Below, in pieces: positions 23,491 to 35,289 of a stretch of DNA of 64,000 bases. This DNA is from Scyliorhinus canicula. Lineage: Eukaryota. The translations under genes and the position numbers were made by a program. The notes under the pieces were generated by a model. It was given only the letters and a program-made list of their open reading frames with translations, was not told the DNA's origin and did no database searches. Location of the stretch: positions 30,581,323 to 30,645,322 of the forward strand of contig NC_052153.1 of the NCBI RefSeq assembly GCF_902713615.1, written 5' to 3'. Every line of letters begins with the position of its first letter. Within the stretch, counting starts at the first letter, position 1.

Positions 23491-25087
23491 ACAGGCCAGT
23501 TAGTCTTACTTCGGTGGTAGGCAAAGTAATGGAAAGGGTACTGAGGGATAGGATTTCTGAGCATCTGGAAAGACACTGCTTGATTAGGGATAGTCAGCAC
23601 GGATTTGTGAGGGGTAGGTCTTGCCGTACAAGTCTCATTGACTTCTTTGAGGAGGTGTCCAAGCATGTGGATGAAGGTAAAGCAGTGGATGTAGTGAACA
23701 TGGATTTTAGTAAGGCATTTGATAAGGTTCCCCATTGTAGGTTTATGCAGAAAGTAAGGAGGCATGGGATAGTGGGACATTTGGCCAGTTGGATAACAAA
23801 CTGGCTAACCGATAGAAGTCAGAGAGTGGTGGTAGATGGCAAATATTCAGCCTGGAGCCCAGTTATCAGTGGCATACCGCAGGGATCAGTTCTGGGTCCT
23901 CTGCTGTTTGTGATTTTCATTAATAACTTGGATGAGGGAGTTGAAGGGTGGGTCAGTAAATTTGCAGATGATACGAAGATTGGTGGAGTTGTGGATAGTG
24001 AGGAGGGCTGTTGTCGGCTGCAAAGATACATAGATAGGATGCAGAGCTGGGCTGAGAAGTGGCAGATGGAGTTTAACCCTGACAAGTGTGAGGTTGTCCA
24101 TTTTGGAAGGACAAATATGAATGCGGAATACAGGGTTAATGGTAGGGTTCTTGGCAATGTAGAGGAGCAGAGAGATCTTGGGGTTGATGTTCATAGATCT
24201 TTGAAAGTTGCCACTCAAGTGGATAGAGCTATGAAGAAGGCCTATGGTGTGCTAACGTTCATTAGCAGAGGGATTGTATTTAAGAGCCGTGAGGCGATGA
24301 TGCAGCTGTACAAAACCTTGGTCAGGCCACATTTGGAGTACTGTGTGCAGTCCTGGTCACCTCATTTTAAGAAGGATGTGGAAGCTTTGGAAAAGATGCA
24401 AAGGAGATTTACCAGGATGTTGCCTGGAATGGAGAGTAGGTCTTACGAGGAAAGGTTGAGGGTGCTAGGCCTTTTCTCATTAGAACGGAGAAGGATGAGG
24501 GGCAACTTGATAGAGGTTTATATGATGATAAGGGGAATAGAGTAGATAGTCAGAGACTTATTCCCCGGGTGGAACAAACCATTACAAGGGGACATAAATT
24601 TAAGGTAAATGCTGGAAGATATAGGGGGGATGTCAGAGGTAGGTTCTTTACCCAAAGAGTTGTGGGGGCATGGAATGCACTGCCTGTGGAAGTAGTTGAG
24701 TTGGAAACGTTAGGGACCTTCAAGCGGCTATTGGATAGGTACATGGATTATGGTAGAATAATGGAGTGTGGATTAATTTGTTCTTAAGTGCAGCATGGTA
24801 GCATTGTGGATAGCACAATCGCTTCACAGCTCCAGGGTCCCAGGTTCGATTTCGGCTTGGGTCACTGTCTGTGTGGAGTCTGCACATCCTCCGTGTGTGT
24901 GCGTGGGTTTCCTCCGGGTGCTCCGGTTTCCTCCCACAGTCCAAAGATGTGCAGGTCGGGTGGATTGGTCATGATAAATTGCCCTTAGTGTCCGAAATTC
25001 TATGATCTATGATTAACCTAGGACAAAAGTTCAGCACAACATCGTGGTCCGAAGAGCCTGTTCTGTGCTGCATTTCTCTATGTTCTA
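23491..25087 (+). mobile_element. CR1/HER1-type LINE, 5'-truncated, with intact RT-domain reading frame
   Basis: ORF to 24545 with RPVSLTSVVGK, QHGF, DFSKAFD, GIPQGSVLGP and FADD (23961-23972); near-identical to 14670-16030. Confidence 0.97.
24788..25012 (+). mobile_element. HE1-like SINE (internally deleted) inserted in CR1 3' UTR
   Basis: Interrupts the CR1 ttgttcttaa|..ctaggacaaaag; ttaa is duplicated at 24784-24787 and 25013-25016. Confidence 0.9.
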
Positions 25088-25116
25088 GGTGTCAAACTAA
25101 CGCAATATTTATACAC

Positions 25117-25462
25117 ATAGAACATAGAACATAGAACAGTACAGCACAGAACAGGCCCTTCGGCCCTCGATGTTGTGCCGAGCAATGATCACCCTACTCA
25201 AACCCACATATCCACCCTATACCCGTAACCCAACACCCCCCCCCCCTACTTTTAAGGACACTATGGGCAATTTAGCATGGCCAATCCACCTAACCCGCAC
25301 ATCTTTGGACTGTGGGAGGAAACCGGAGCGCCCGGAGGAAACCCACGCGCACACGTGGAGGACGTGCAGACTCCGCACAGACAGTGACCCAGCCGGGAAC
25401 CGAACCTGGGACCCTGGAGCTGTGAAGCATTTATGCTAACCACCATGCTACCGTGCTTCCCC
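25117..25462 (-). mobile_element. HE1-like SINE, young subfamily
   Basis: Near-identical to 41668-42014 and 49122-49467; (catagaa)n tail on the plus strand. Confidence 0.95.
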
Positions 25463-27148
25463 TATGTGCTTCCCCTACGTCTAGCTATGATTGACAGCTC
25501 TTGGACCACGTCAAAGTCAGTTAAGTGCCTTCGGCAGAGAAAAAGAGGAAGTGAGAGTACTGGTTAGTTTCACAGTGAAACAAAGAATCCAGCCCATGAT
25601 TGAAATACAAATCATTTCAAACAAATTATTTGTAATATATTTTATAGATTACATAAAAATATCTTACACTTTTTCTTTATATTAAATAAATGTAAAGTTG
25701 GGTCCAAAATATCCATAGGCTGCTTTCCCCTTTTAGAGGGACAGCTGACTGGTGGTGATGTAACCTCAGGCGAAGGGCAAGGTTGAGAAGACGGGGCCTT
25801 CATGAGGTTATTATGTTAAATATGGTCTGTGGCTAATTAGCACAGTTGGCTACATGGCTTATGTTTGTTTCAGAATGATAATAATGTGGTTTGAATTTCT
25901 GTTCTGGTAGAAACAGACTTGTGACCTGCCTCCTCATCCTGCCCCTGAGAGTGGAAGGCAATGGAAAACCGTTACGGAGAAAAAGCAGCTTCAGATAAAG
26001 CATCAGCAGGGAATGAGCCAAGGACCTACCTTCAGGAAAATCACACATGATAGAAAATATAATTTACATTTTATGTGACTTGCATTGTTTCTGAACAATT
26101 TTCCTTATTATATCTTGTAAACCGTACACCTATTTAAATGAATGTGTAACAGAAACAATTGGACAGGGGCTGTATTGTTAAACATGTGGCATTTCTCGCT
26201 TGTTATATGGTCCGCAATTCACCTACACTGACTTCAAAAGAACTGGATGTTGTCATATAATGAGGATTAGCAATTTTGATTCTGCCTGATTTTTGACTTC
26301 TTCTCATATCTTCAAAGTTCTGATGAGTGCTGCCTTCATAGATCCTTCTGAACAAAGAGGTAAGGAAAAATGAAGCAGTGCCCCATAGCATGGTTGCAAG
26401 AACTAACAGTAATCCAGTTGGCAAATCACTGCAGGACAAGCTTGCTGTCTCAGTAATACCTCAGGTCAAGCAACAAGTGGCACTTGCCCCACTGTAAAGA
26501 TGATCAGCAGGCAGCTAACAACTCCTTGCTGCTACTCCACGGATGAATAAAATAAACATCATTTGTCAGGTTCTCAGATCACCAGGACATGATCTCGCCC
26601 TTGAGTTTGAAAAATGTGCGTACCCCTGCAACAGCCTTTCAAAAATCTGTGTAAACTTTCTACTGAACAAGGTTAAAGAATCAAATGATCTCACTCCTTG
26701 CATTTTCCAGTACACAGATACAGCAATTTACAGCACACATGTGGCTTCTTTCAACTTCTTGTATGAAAGTAATAATTGTAAAGCAGCCTAATCAACATTT
26801 CCTTACACATTCTTAGCTTTCAGAGATTCATTTTGTTTCCCCAAAATGAAAGTAAAGCGGTCTTTATTGCACTGCTTTTGTTTAATTAATACAAGCTGTG
26901 CAACCATTCTGTACCAGTGACGTGCATCCTGTAATATTAGTCTTTTGAGGGAAGCTTAATTCACTTGTGTATTTTTGATAGATTTTGCCAGTTTCTTATT
27001 GTACAGTTTCTGTGAGAGACCATGAATGCATTATTAAAAACACAGATCTCATTAACTGAAATTTGGACTAATATCACTGAAAGCAGCATTCAGTTAACCA
27101 TGAGTATCAAATACAGAAAAGCCAATAACAGTGTGAACATCACATTGT

Positions 27149-27860
27149 GGGCTGGATTCTCGGTTTCAGACACTAAGTGCTGACGCCAGTACTGAATCGC
27201 GGGTGTTCTACAGTCATGATAGGGACGCTGGTCCCGGAGCCATTCAGGACATGCTAATAGGCCAGCACCGGCACCATGTGGAACTAGTGCGATCCCAACG
27301 CACACTGGCATGTGATTCGTGGGGTCGGGATTGGTACTCGAGAGCCTGACTAGCTGCAGCCACGTATAGGCAATCCACTCCCCACACATTCCAGCGAAGA
27401 AGATGCCACCCCGAAGAACTCCACCCAGGTTCATCAATGCTGAGCTGGAGACACTGCGGAAGCCGCGGAGGAGAGGTGGGACATTGTGTGCCCCAGGTTG
27501 GGAAAGAGGCAGCCACCCGCTGATGTCAATCGGGCACGGGCACAGATGGCAGAGGCTGAGTGCCGTGGATCCTACTGCCAGGACTGGGCAGCAGTGCAGG
27601 AAGAAGATGCACAACCTCCTCAGGGCGACCAGGATTGGTCACCAACTCCATGAGTCTGGCAACAGCCCTGTCCCACACACCACACACCCATCACCCCATG
27701 GACAGCGCAGTGTGCCCCAAGCCTTGAACGTCCTGACACATGGCTCTTATGTCTCTGCCCCAGGTCTTCCACCCCGAATGTCACCCTTTCAGGTTTGGCC
27801 TGGCTGCCGTACATTTTTGGCAACATCTCCTGCATCTGAAGGCGGTTGGACTCCTCTATC
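27149..27860 (+). mobile_element. Harbinger end with degenerate Myb/SANT exon 1
   Basis: TIR gggctggattctc at 27149; MPPRRTPPRFINAELETL...SAVDPTARTGQQCRKKMHNLLRATR at 27403-27632. Confidence 0.8.
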
Positions 27861-27919
27861 TGCACTTGCAAGACCTTCTGTCGATTCTGCACCAGTGATG
27901 GGATGGTACTTTCCAGACG

Positions 27920-28097
27920 TAATAATAATAATAATAATAATAATAATCGCTTATTGTCACAAGTAAGCTTCAAAGAAGGTACTGTGAAAAGCCACTAGTC
28001 GCCACATTCTTGTGCCTGTTCGGGGAGCCATTGAACCCACGCTGTTGGCCTTGTTCTGCATTAGAAGTCAGCTGTTTAGCCCACTGTGCTAAACCTA
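27920..28097 (-). mobile_element. Short tRNA-derived SINE with (ATT)n tail
   Basis: Homologous to 38970-39147 and 55685-55800 (gtggcgactag..ttttcacagta.cttc...cttgtgacaataagcgatt). Confidence 0.8.
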
Positions 28098-28107
28098 TAT
28101 GTGACAC

Positions 28108-29353
28108 CTATCTGGGCGACAGCTGTTCCCTAGGACCGCCCACTCCCTGAGGAGTCCCTGTCTCCTCCTGATGTGCTGCAATATGTGTGCGGTGCTCAGC
28201 AGGGGGTGACCCAGGAGCCTGATCACTGACATTACTCACCAAGATGGTAGTCTCTGCGATGATGGAGGATGCAGTTGACAGCAGTGACAAAAAGTCAGTG
28301 TCTTCCCCGGAGTCATGCTCCGGGATGTGCTGCGGATGTGGCTGACATGCAGCAACCCTGGATGGCTTGGCGTGGTCTGCTGGTGGTCCTGAAAGACAAA
28401 AGATATGGTGAGATATTGGGAAGGACTGGCCTGTGGCAGAAGGATGACTCACTTGCTATAGGTACATCGGCATTGCAATGGGCTATCACTTGTTTTCCCC
28501 ATGCCAAACTCCATCGCAGCCACTGCCCTCTCTTCAGCCTCCACCGCAAGTTGTGCTCTCCTCTGTCAGGGTGTGGACGAATGTCTGGGATGCCCCCTCC
28601 TATCTTCTGGTGCTCCCACCAATTATGGGCAGTCTAATGCTTGGGGACACAGAAAGGATATTGAGACCTTGGGACGCGAGTTCTATGGGGGGGACTGTAG
28701 CTGTTGGCATGTGTGTGAAAGGCTCCTGGCCAAAGAGGATAATACATGTTTGGTACAGAGTGGATGGTAAGGGGGATGCAGGAAGGTGGGCTCCAGGGCA
28801 TAGGGGGCTGGTGTGAGGAGTGAGGGAAGAGAGTGATGCCAGGGACACAGAAGTGATGACTCACCCAAGCTGCCCTAAGGAGATCATTCATCTTCTTCAT
28901 GCATTGTGTGTCAGTCCTCCTGGTGAGGCTGGCAGCACTGACAGCCTCTGCCATCTCATCCCAGGTGTTGTCGAGAAGTGTGGGCTCGAGTCCCCGCACC
29001 AACCTGGGGAAGAGGGTGTCCCTCCCCTCCTCAATGTCATCCAGAATTTGGTCAGTCTCGGGCTCTCAGAATCGTGGGGAGGAGTGGTGTCTGCGTGCAG
29101 CTATCTTTTTGACTGGAATGACAGTCTGTAGTGAATAAAGTGCTTAAAAGCTTGTCAGGCTTTTAACGCGTATCCCGAACCCAGTGAATCAGACACCAGC
29201 CGGGCCGGGAATCGCTTGGGCTGCACGTGGGCAGCATGCTGGCCCATTTGCATCACCTTAATTTCACCTGCCCAGTACTCCTAGCGGGAGCACAGACTTC
29301 CAGCGATTCAAATCAGATGGGAGAACATCGTTCCCAAATGGAGAATCCTGCCC
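28108..29353 (-). mobile_element. Harbinger end with 3-exon Myb/SANT pseudogene
   Basis: TIR ggagaatcctgccc (29340-29353). Exon 1 (29104-28865) ..ILDDIEEGRDTLFP..TWDEMAEAVSAASLTRRTDTQCMKKMNDLLRAAW|gtgagt; exon 2 ~28625-28453; exon 3 from ~28390, homologous to 7250-7480. Confidence 0.85.
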
Positions 29354-29819
29354 CAGATGTAATGACCACACTAGAGGGCTCAGAGGCCATTGAAGCTCCC
29401 GAGGTGGTCAGGAACATGGCTGGAAAATGCCCTGCAAAACTGGCCATGCCAATTGGCCAGTGCCAAAAAGTGAGTGCCAACTAGACAGTGCCAACCTAAC
29501 AAGGTGCCGGGGTTGGCACTGCCATAGGAAGGGCCCAGAGGGGCTTGAAGGGAGGCCCTTTTAGGGGAGTGCTTAAGGGTGGCCTTTGGTGACCCCTTGG
29601 ACGGTGTAGCTCACTTGGGGGTGGGGGTGCCTGATTTTAGCAATTGGGAGGTGCGGGGGTCTTTGCCGGCGAATCGGGGGGGGTTCTGTAGGATTGTCTT
29701 AAAAATGTCACCCCGATCTCGGAGGAGCGAGGCTTGCCAGCTTCTTTAGGTCCCGCACAACTCAATAATGATGCAAATCACCCCAACCATCAAAAAAGTT
29801 GCAATCCGGATGAGAGGTG

Positions 29820-30062
29820 GTAACCTATCCTTGTAGCTCTTTGGAGGATATTTGTCTTCTTCTGACTTTGGACGGCAGTCCTTCTGGTCATGCTGCCCAC
29901 ACTGCCAGCCGCTGCCATGCATCCCAGGTGGTATGGCTGACCCTGCTGCTGGTCCTCTGACCCCGCTCGGGGGAACAGGGGGCCCCGCGTATCATCCACA
30001 GCGTCGAGAAGACTTGTGAGGTCACCATCGTCAAAGCGAAAGAACTATTCTTTGGCTCTATG
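29820..30062 (-). pseudogene. Harbinger Myb/SANT exon 1 relic
   Basis: FRFDDGDLTSLLDAVDDTRGPLFP...SMTRRTAVQSQKKTNILQRATR; same family as 32553-33132. Confidence 0.8.
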
Positions 30063-30589
30063 CATCGCGCAGCCGAAATCCCCATTCAGAAATTGAAAAT
30101 CAGGATCAGTGGCGAATGATTAGGAGCTAGTGATCCTGATTTGGAAAGACAGTTTTGCTAGTTTAGATCTGCTCAAGCCACTTCTGGTACAGAACTGCTG
30201 AGCTGGTTGAGTTTAGCCAGGTCAACGCAGACAGTCATTCAAGCCACGATCAAGTTGATACTATTTGTCACTTATACTTCTTGACAGATCTTCTTCAGTT
30301 CTGGTGGGACCTTTTTAACCAGCTTCCCATCTTTGGTTTAACAGAGAATTGCAAGATGGAAACATTCTGTTTAACACAAGCATCGTTGGAAACTAAGGGG
30401 CAATTTTATCATAGCCAATCCACCTAACCTGCATGTTGGTGTTTAGTGTTCACAAGAATAGTCATCATAATCCCATATGTGTTCCCACTTTCCTGTTTAT
30501 ATTAATTCTGCATCAAGTGATTCCTTTGCTTCAAGTTATTATACTCCTGTTGACAGTGGTTGTCCAATGATGAGAGGATGAGTAAATTA

Positions 30590-30995
30590 TGCTTATGTTC
30601 TCAGGAGTTTAGACAACGAGAGATGATCTCATTAAAACCTACAAAATTCTGAAAGGGCCTGATGGGGTAGACACAGAAAGATTGTTCCCTCTAGTCGTGG
30701 GATCTAGAACACAGAGACATAACATTAGGATAAGGTGTTGATCATCTAGGACTGAGATGAGGAGAAGTTTCCTCACTCAAAGGGTTGTGAATCTTTGGAC
30801 ACCAGAGGGTTGTGGGTGCTGCATTGTTGAATATGTTTAAGGCTGGGAAAGCCAGAGTTTTGATCTGTCAGGAAATTAAGGGATATGCAATGAGCAAGAA
30901 AATGGTGTGGAAGCCTAAGTTCAGCAACAACCCTATCGAATGGCAGAGCAAACTTTACAGATCATATGGTTAACTCCTATGTCTTGAGTTTATGT
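30590..30995 (+). mobile_element. CR1 LINE 3' fragment (old)
   Basis: RRDDLIKTYKILKG..RTEMRRSFLTQRVVNLW, followed by a tail. Confidence 0.8.
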
Positions 30996-31079
30996 ATTGT
31001 TGTACAGACTGTGGCTTGAGAAAAGTTCTTTCATTTAAGAATTTCTTTGATGGATTTTGTGAACTAAGCATGGTGAATT

Positions 31080-31425
31080 GGCATGACGGCACAGTGGTTC
31101 GCACTGCTATCTCACAGTGCCAGGACCCGAGTTAAATTCCAACCTTGGGTGACTGTGTGGTGTTTGTACGTTCTCCTCATGTCTGCATGGGTTTCTTCTG
31201 GGTGCTCCAGTTTCCTCCCACAGTCCAAAGATGTGCAGGTTAGGTGAATTGGCCATGATAAAATTGCCCCTTAGTTTCCAATGATGTGCAGGTTAGGTGG
31301 GGTGACGGGGATAGGGTGGGGGAGTGGGCATAGGGTGGGCATGGGGTGCTCATTTGGAGGGCCGTTGGAGACTCAGTGGGCCAAATTGCCTTCCTCTGCA
31401 CTGTCGGGCTTCTATGGTTCTATGA
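31080..31425 (+). mobile_element. HE1-like SINE
   Basis: tRNA head, V-domain and CR1-type ttctatggttctatg tail. Confidence 0.9.
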
Positions 31426-32697
31426 TGATTTCCTGTGGTGGGAGATGGATCTATTTTCATTTTTGACAGAGTTATCACCAATGATTTAACACAGCAGTGT
31501 CCTTCTCTGTCCAAACCACTTGTCTTACCTTCAACCTGAGAAGAATTTATGCCATTTCTCAAAGCCATCCAGTGGCAATCTGAGTAATGCCTGTTTGTAG
31601 TGAAGGAAAAACCAACTCGTGCTGTGGATTCAGGCTCCGTAAAATGTGCATCAAATTAGCCTCACGTTCTTTCATATAAGATAATTATAGTTGACAGAAA
31701 GAGGAGGCTTTAATCAGATTAGTCTAGCCGACTTAATTTCTCTAATTGAATTTTATAACATTCAGCATCTGAAATTGACATAATGCCATTTTCTCAGCTA
31801 TCATATATAACTGAAAACATGTTTTGAAATCACAACTAAAAAGGGTTAAACATAAGGCACAAACAGCTCATTAAAGGGAATAATTTGAGCACAGGCTTTT
31901 AAATAAAATCAGACAAGTAATTACTTTTTCTTGTCTTACAGTTTGTTGGAGGGAGGGACACCATTTGAAATGTCAGACTGTCTGATTCCTACTTTAGTTG
32001 CTGAATCAGCATCCTTCACTTGTCACTTCCATCCCCCATCACCACTGCAATGCTTACCACATATCAGGATCAGCAGACTGAGGATTTTTAGAGTATGAAC
32101 AAAGAGGTTAAAGTACATATGATGCACCTGAAATTATCTGTTGGGTTGATGTATTGAATAGCAGTTACATGTCCTGCAGTCGAATACTGCATCCAATACC
32201 TATTTGGTCAGTTCATTATTATTACAAATTTCAGGCCTGCCATAGATATTTTCCAGTTTCCATTTCACTGGTCTTTCCTCTGGCAGTGCTCATGGCCTTC
32301 GACAATGACATTGGGCACGATTCATGGACAAAAGTTAAAGTCCGCATTTGGTGGGCTGTATCTCGACTGGCGCGTTGGCAAGATTGCGGCCGCTATTCAA
32401 CAGCACTTAGTGCCGAAAATGAGCCCCCACGTGAATCTCGCCTGGCTCTTTTGCTGTCTGATTGCCGGACTCATGCCTCAGCACCTCGCCGCTAACAAGG
32501 GGGAGCTGCTTCTAAAGCTCCCTCACCACTCACTCCCAGTCAACACAAAGGTATGGCAGCGTGCAGACCTGCTCCTCGCTTTGGCATTGCCGGCCTCACA
32601 AGGCTTCTTGATGCTGTGGATGAGATGCAGGGCACCCTGTTCCCCTGAGGGGGAGTTGGAGGACCAGCAGCAGGGTTAGCCATGCCACCTGGGAGGC

Positions 32698-33050
32698 AGG
32701 GCAGCACGGTAGCATTCTGGATAGCACAATCGCTTCACAGCTCCAGGGTCCCAGGTTCGATTCCGGCTTGGGTCGCCGTCTGTGCGGAGTCTGCACATCG
32801 ACCCCGTGTGTGCGTGGGTTTCCTCTGGGTGTTCCAGTTTCCTCCCACACTCCAAAGATGTGCAAGTTAGGTGGATTGGACATGATAAATTGCCCTTAGT
32901 GTCCAAAATTGCCCTTAGTGTTGGGTGGGGTTACTGGGTTATGGGCATAGGGTGGAGGTGTTAACATTGGGTAGGGTGCTCTTTCCAGGAGCAGGTGCAG
33001 ACTCGATGGGCCGAATGGCCTCCTTCTGCACTGTAAATTCTATGATCTAT
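32698..33050 (+). mobile_element. HE1-like SINE inserted in Myb exon 1
   Basis: gggcagcacggtagc head through to aattctatgatctatg tail. Confidence 0.93.
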
Positions 33051-33705
33051 GACTGTCTGTGCGGGAAGCATGACCAGGAGGACTGCTGTCCAATGTCGGA
33101 AGAAGACAAACAACCTCCACTGAGCTGCAAGGGTAAGTTACCACCTCTCTCCTGGCATCTGTTCCGATTGGCCTTTCCTTAACTTCCCAAATGCACACCC
33201 CCTTCCCCTCCCCATTCGACTAGCTGACATATCGCACCCTCCCCACATCCGATCTTCTGGCTTGTTCCTCAGAACCCCCGGCACCCTCCAGCACAACCCC
33301 TTCATATCTAGTTGCGGTGTTCATACATGCCACCTGCTATAGATCCCTTGACCCTTCAAGCATGTGGCTCACAAAGTTCTCTCTTTGTCCCCGCAAGTGA
33401 AGCCAGCCCAGAAAAAGAGGGAAAGGTGGGAGGGAGGAGTCCCAGAGATCAGAGTCCTCAACCCCAATGAAGAATGAGCTCTGTCGATTGTGGGGTTGCC
33501 CGAGGTGAGAACAGTGAATGACAGGGAGGACAACCAGCGACAGAGAAGTGAGCATCCTCTGCTCCTTCATCCAGTTGACCTGTCTCAAGTGAGTTGCTGA
33601 TGGCCCACAAAATTATCCTTCACTTTCACTGACCACATGTCCATTGGCTTGCAGGATCACCATCTGATGAGGCCGGGCCATCCAGAGTTGTCACCCTCCC
33701 CTGTA

Positions 33706-34033
33706 CCATAGAACATAGAACATACAGTGCAGAAGGAGGACATTCAGCCCATCGAGTCTGCACCAACCCATGTAAGCCCTCACTTCCACCCTATCTCCGT
33801 AACCCAATAACCCCTCCTAATCTTTTGGTCATGATGGGCAATTTATCATGGCCAATCCACCTGACCTGCCCGTCTTTGGACTGTGGGAGGAAACCGGAGC
33901 ATCCGGAGGAAACCCACGCAGATACAGGGAAAACGTGCAGACTCCGCACAGACAGTGACCCAGGTGGGAATCGACCCTGGGACCCTGGCACTGTGAAACT
34001 ACAGTGCTATCCACTTGTTCTACTGTGCTACCC
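33706..34033 (-). mobile_element. HE1-like SINE inserted in Myb exon 3
   Basis: (catagaa) tail and V-domain in reverse orientation. Confidence 0.92.
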
Positions 34034-35289
34034 AGAGAACACCTCGGAGGGAGATCCGAGGATAACACCGGCCATGCGGCACAGCTATCACCCTGACCCT
34101 CCACCAGCGCAGAGACACACACCTGAGTGGGCGACATTAGCAGACAGGCTTGAGGGGCACAATCTGGTGAGCACCAGACAGTTGCCGATGCACATCAGGT
34201 GGAGGCTGGAACATCCGAGGGAGTCAGCAGTCAGAGGTCTGCTGGATCCCAGGACACAGCTGTGTCCCAGTCAGATGTTGACCATCTGGACAAGGTTCTC
34301 CCTGAAATGTTTCAGATCGTAGGGTACAGCTGTGACATTCAGGAGGGGATGTCAGTAACATTCCAGCAACTGCAAGGCCGATTGGAGGAGTCCCAAAGTA
34401 TTCAGGTGCAGGAGATGGTGTCGGCAATGCGTGACACCCAGGTCAACACTGCCAGGGAGAAGACCGCAGTGGAAAACCTGGACACGACGTCCACATCTTT
34501 AGTGACTGTGCCCAAAGCATGGTTCAGTCAGTGATGACCGTGGTTGAAGGCCTTGCTAGTCACTGAGGGACCTGTCCCAGACACAGCTGAACATTGAGGA
34601 GGTGCTCAAGAGCATGGCCAAGTCACTGAGGAGTATTGCTGAGGGCATCAACACCAATGTGCAGACAATGGGGAGCCTTCAGGAATGGCAGAGCCAGATG
34701 ACTCAGAGGCTTTGAGAGCTCACTCCAGCTGCCCCTCCATCCTATGGAGTCTGCCAGGCCCTTATGGACACCCTCATGGAGGAGGAGGCATGGAGGCCAA
34801 CCGGGGGCCTGCCACCAAAGAGACTAGATGTTCTTAAGTTCTTTGGATTCCCCCTCTCCTGATACCGGCGCAACTCAAGGATAGTGGGCAGAACAGGGTG
34901 GCACAGCTATCCCTGTGACACCAGTAAATCGTCCAATCGTACGCAGAATAATTATTTTCACTGTACCTTGGTACACGTGACAATAAATCCACATCCAAAT
35001 CCAGGAATGATGATTTGGATCCCCATAGAGGTACTCAGTTTTGTATGATTAACTCAAGTTCCCTTGTTCCGTATGGCTTGAATTCCGGATTCCTCTACTG
35101 TTTATCCAATGGTACCTTTCAAGATTATGTCCAAGTCCATGATTTTCCCCATCACCAAGTCTGACCGCGTATATCTTTGCACTTGAGATGTAGTAATAGT
35201 TGCACTATGAACCTGGGAAGAGTACAGATCGGAGTTCTCCTTGATTCGGCTTTATCCTCAATTGGTAAACATGATAGAGATTCGGCATT

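Larger units (their letters stand above)
21403..25540 (-). mobile_element. Non-autonomous Harbinger-type repeat, copy B, interrupted by five insertions
   Basis: Terminus ggccaacattctccatttgggagacgat..gttctcc resembles the Harbinger end at 29300-29353; body is homologous to 12020-13511. Confidence 0.6.
32313..34925 (+). mobile_element. Harbinger-derived element with 3-exon Myb/SANT + coiled-coil pseudogene, interrupted by two SINEs
   Basis: End gggcacgattc at 32313. ATG at 32553: MAACRPAPRFGIAGLTRLLDAVDEMQGTLFP..SMTRRTAVQCRKKTNNLH*AAR|gtaagt (33133). Exon 3 starts after ttgcag (~33654) and has a heptad-like C-terminus. Confidence 0.82.

Noticed and set aside
23379-24545. Functional stand-alone reverse transcriptase gene or MITE-RT fusion
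   Set aside because: 5'-truncated CR1 lacking the endonuclease; the ORF start is an incidental codon in the adjacent MITE and the C-terminus is frameshifted.
27149-29353. Single composite transposon with two convergent Myb genes
   Set aside because: Ends are TIR-like but the flanks differ (tgt vs cag) and the subterminal sequences belong to different families; treated as two relics.
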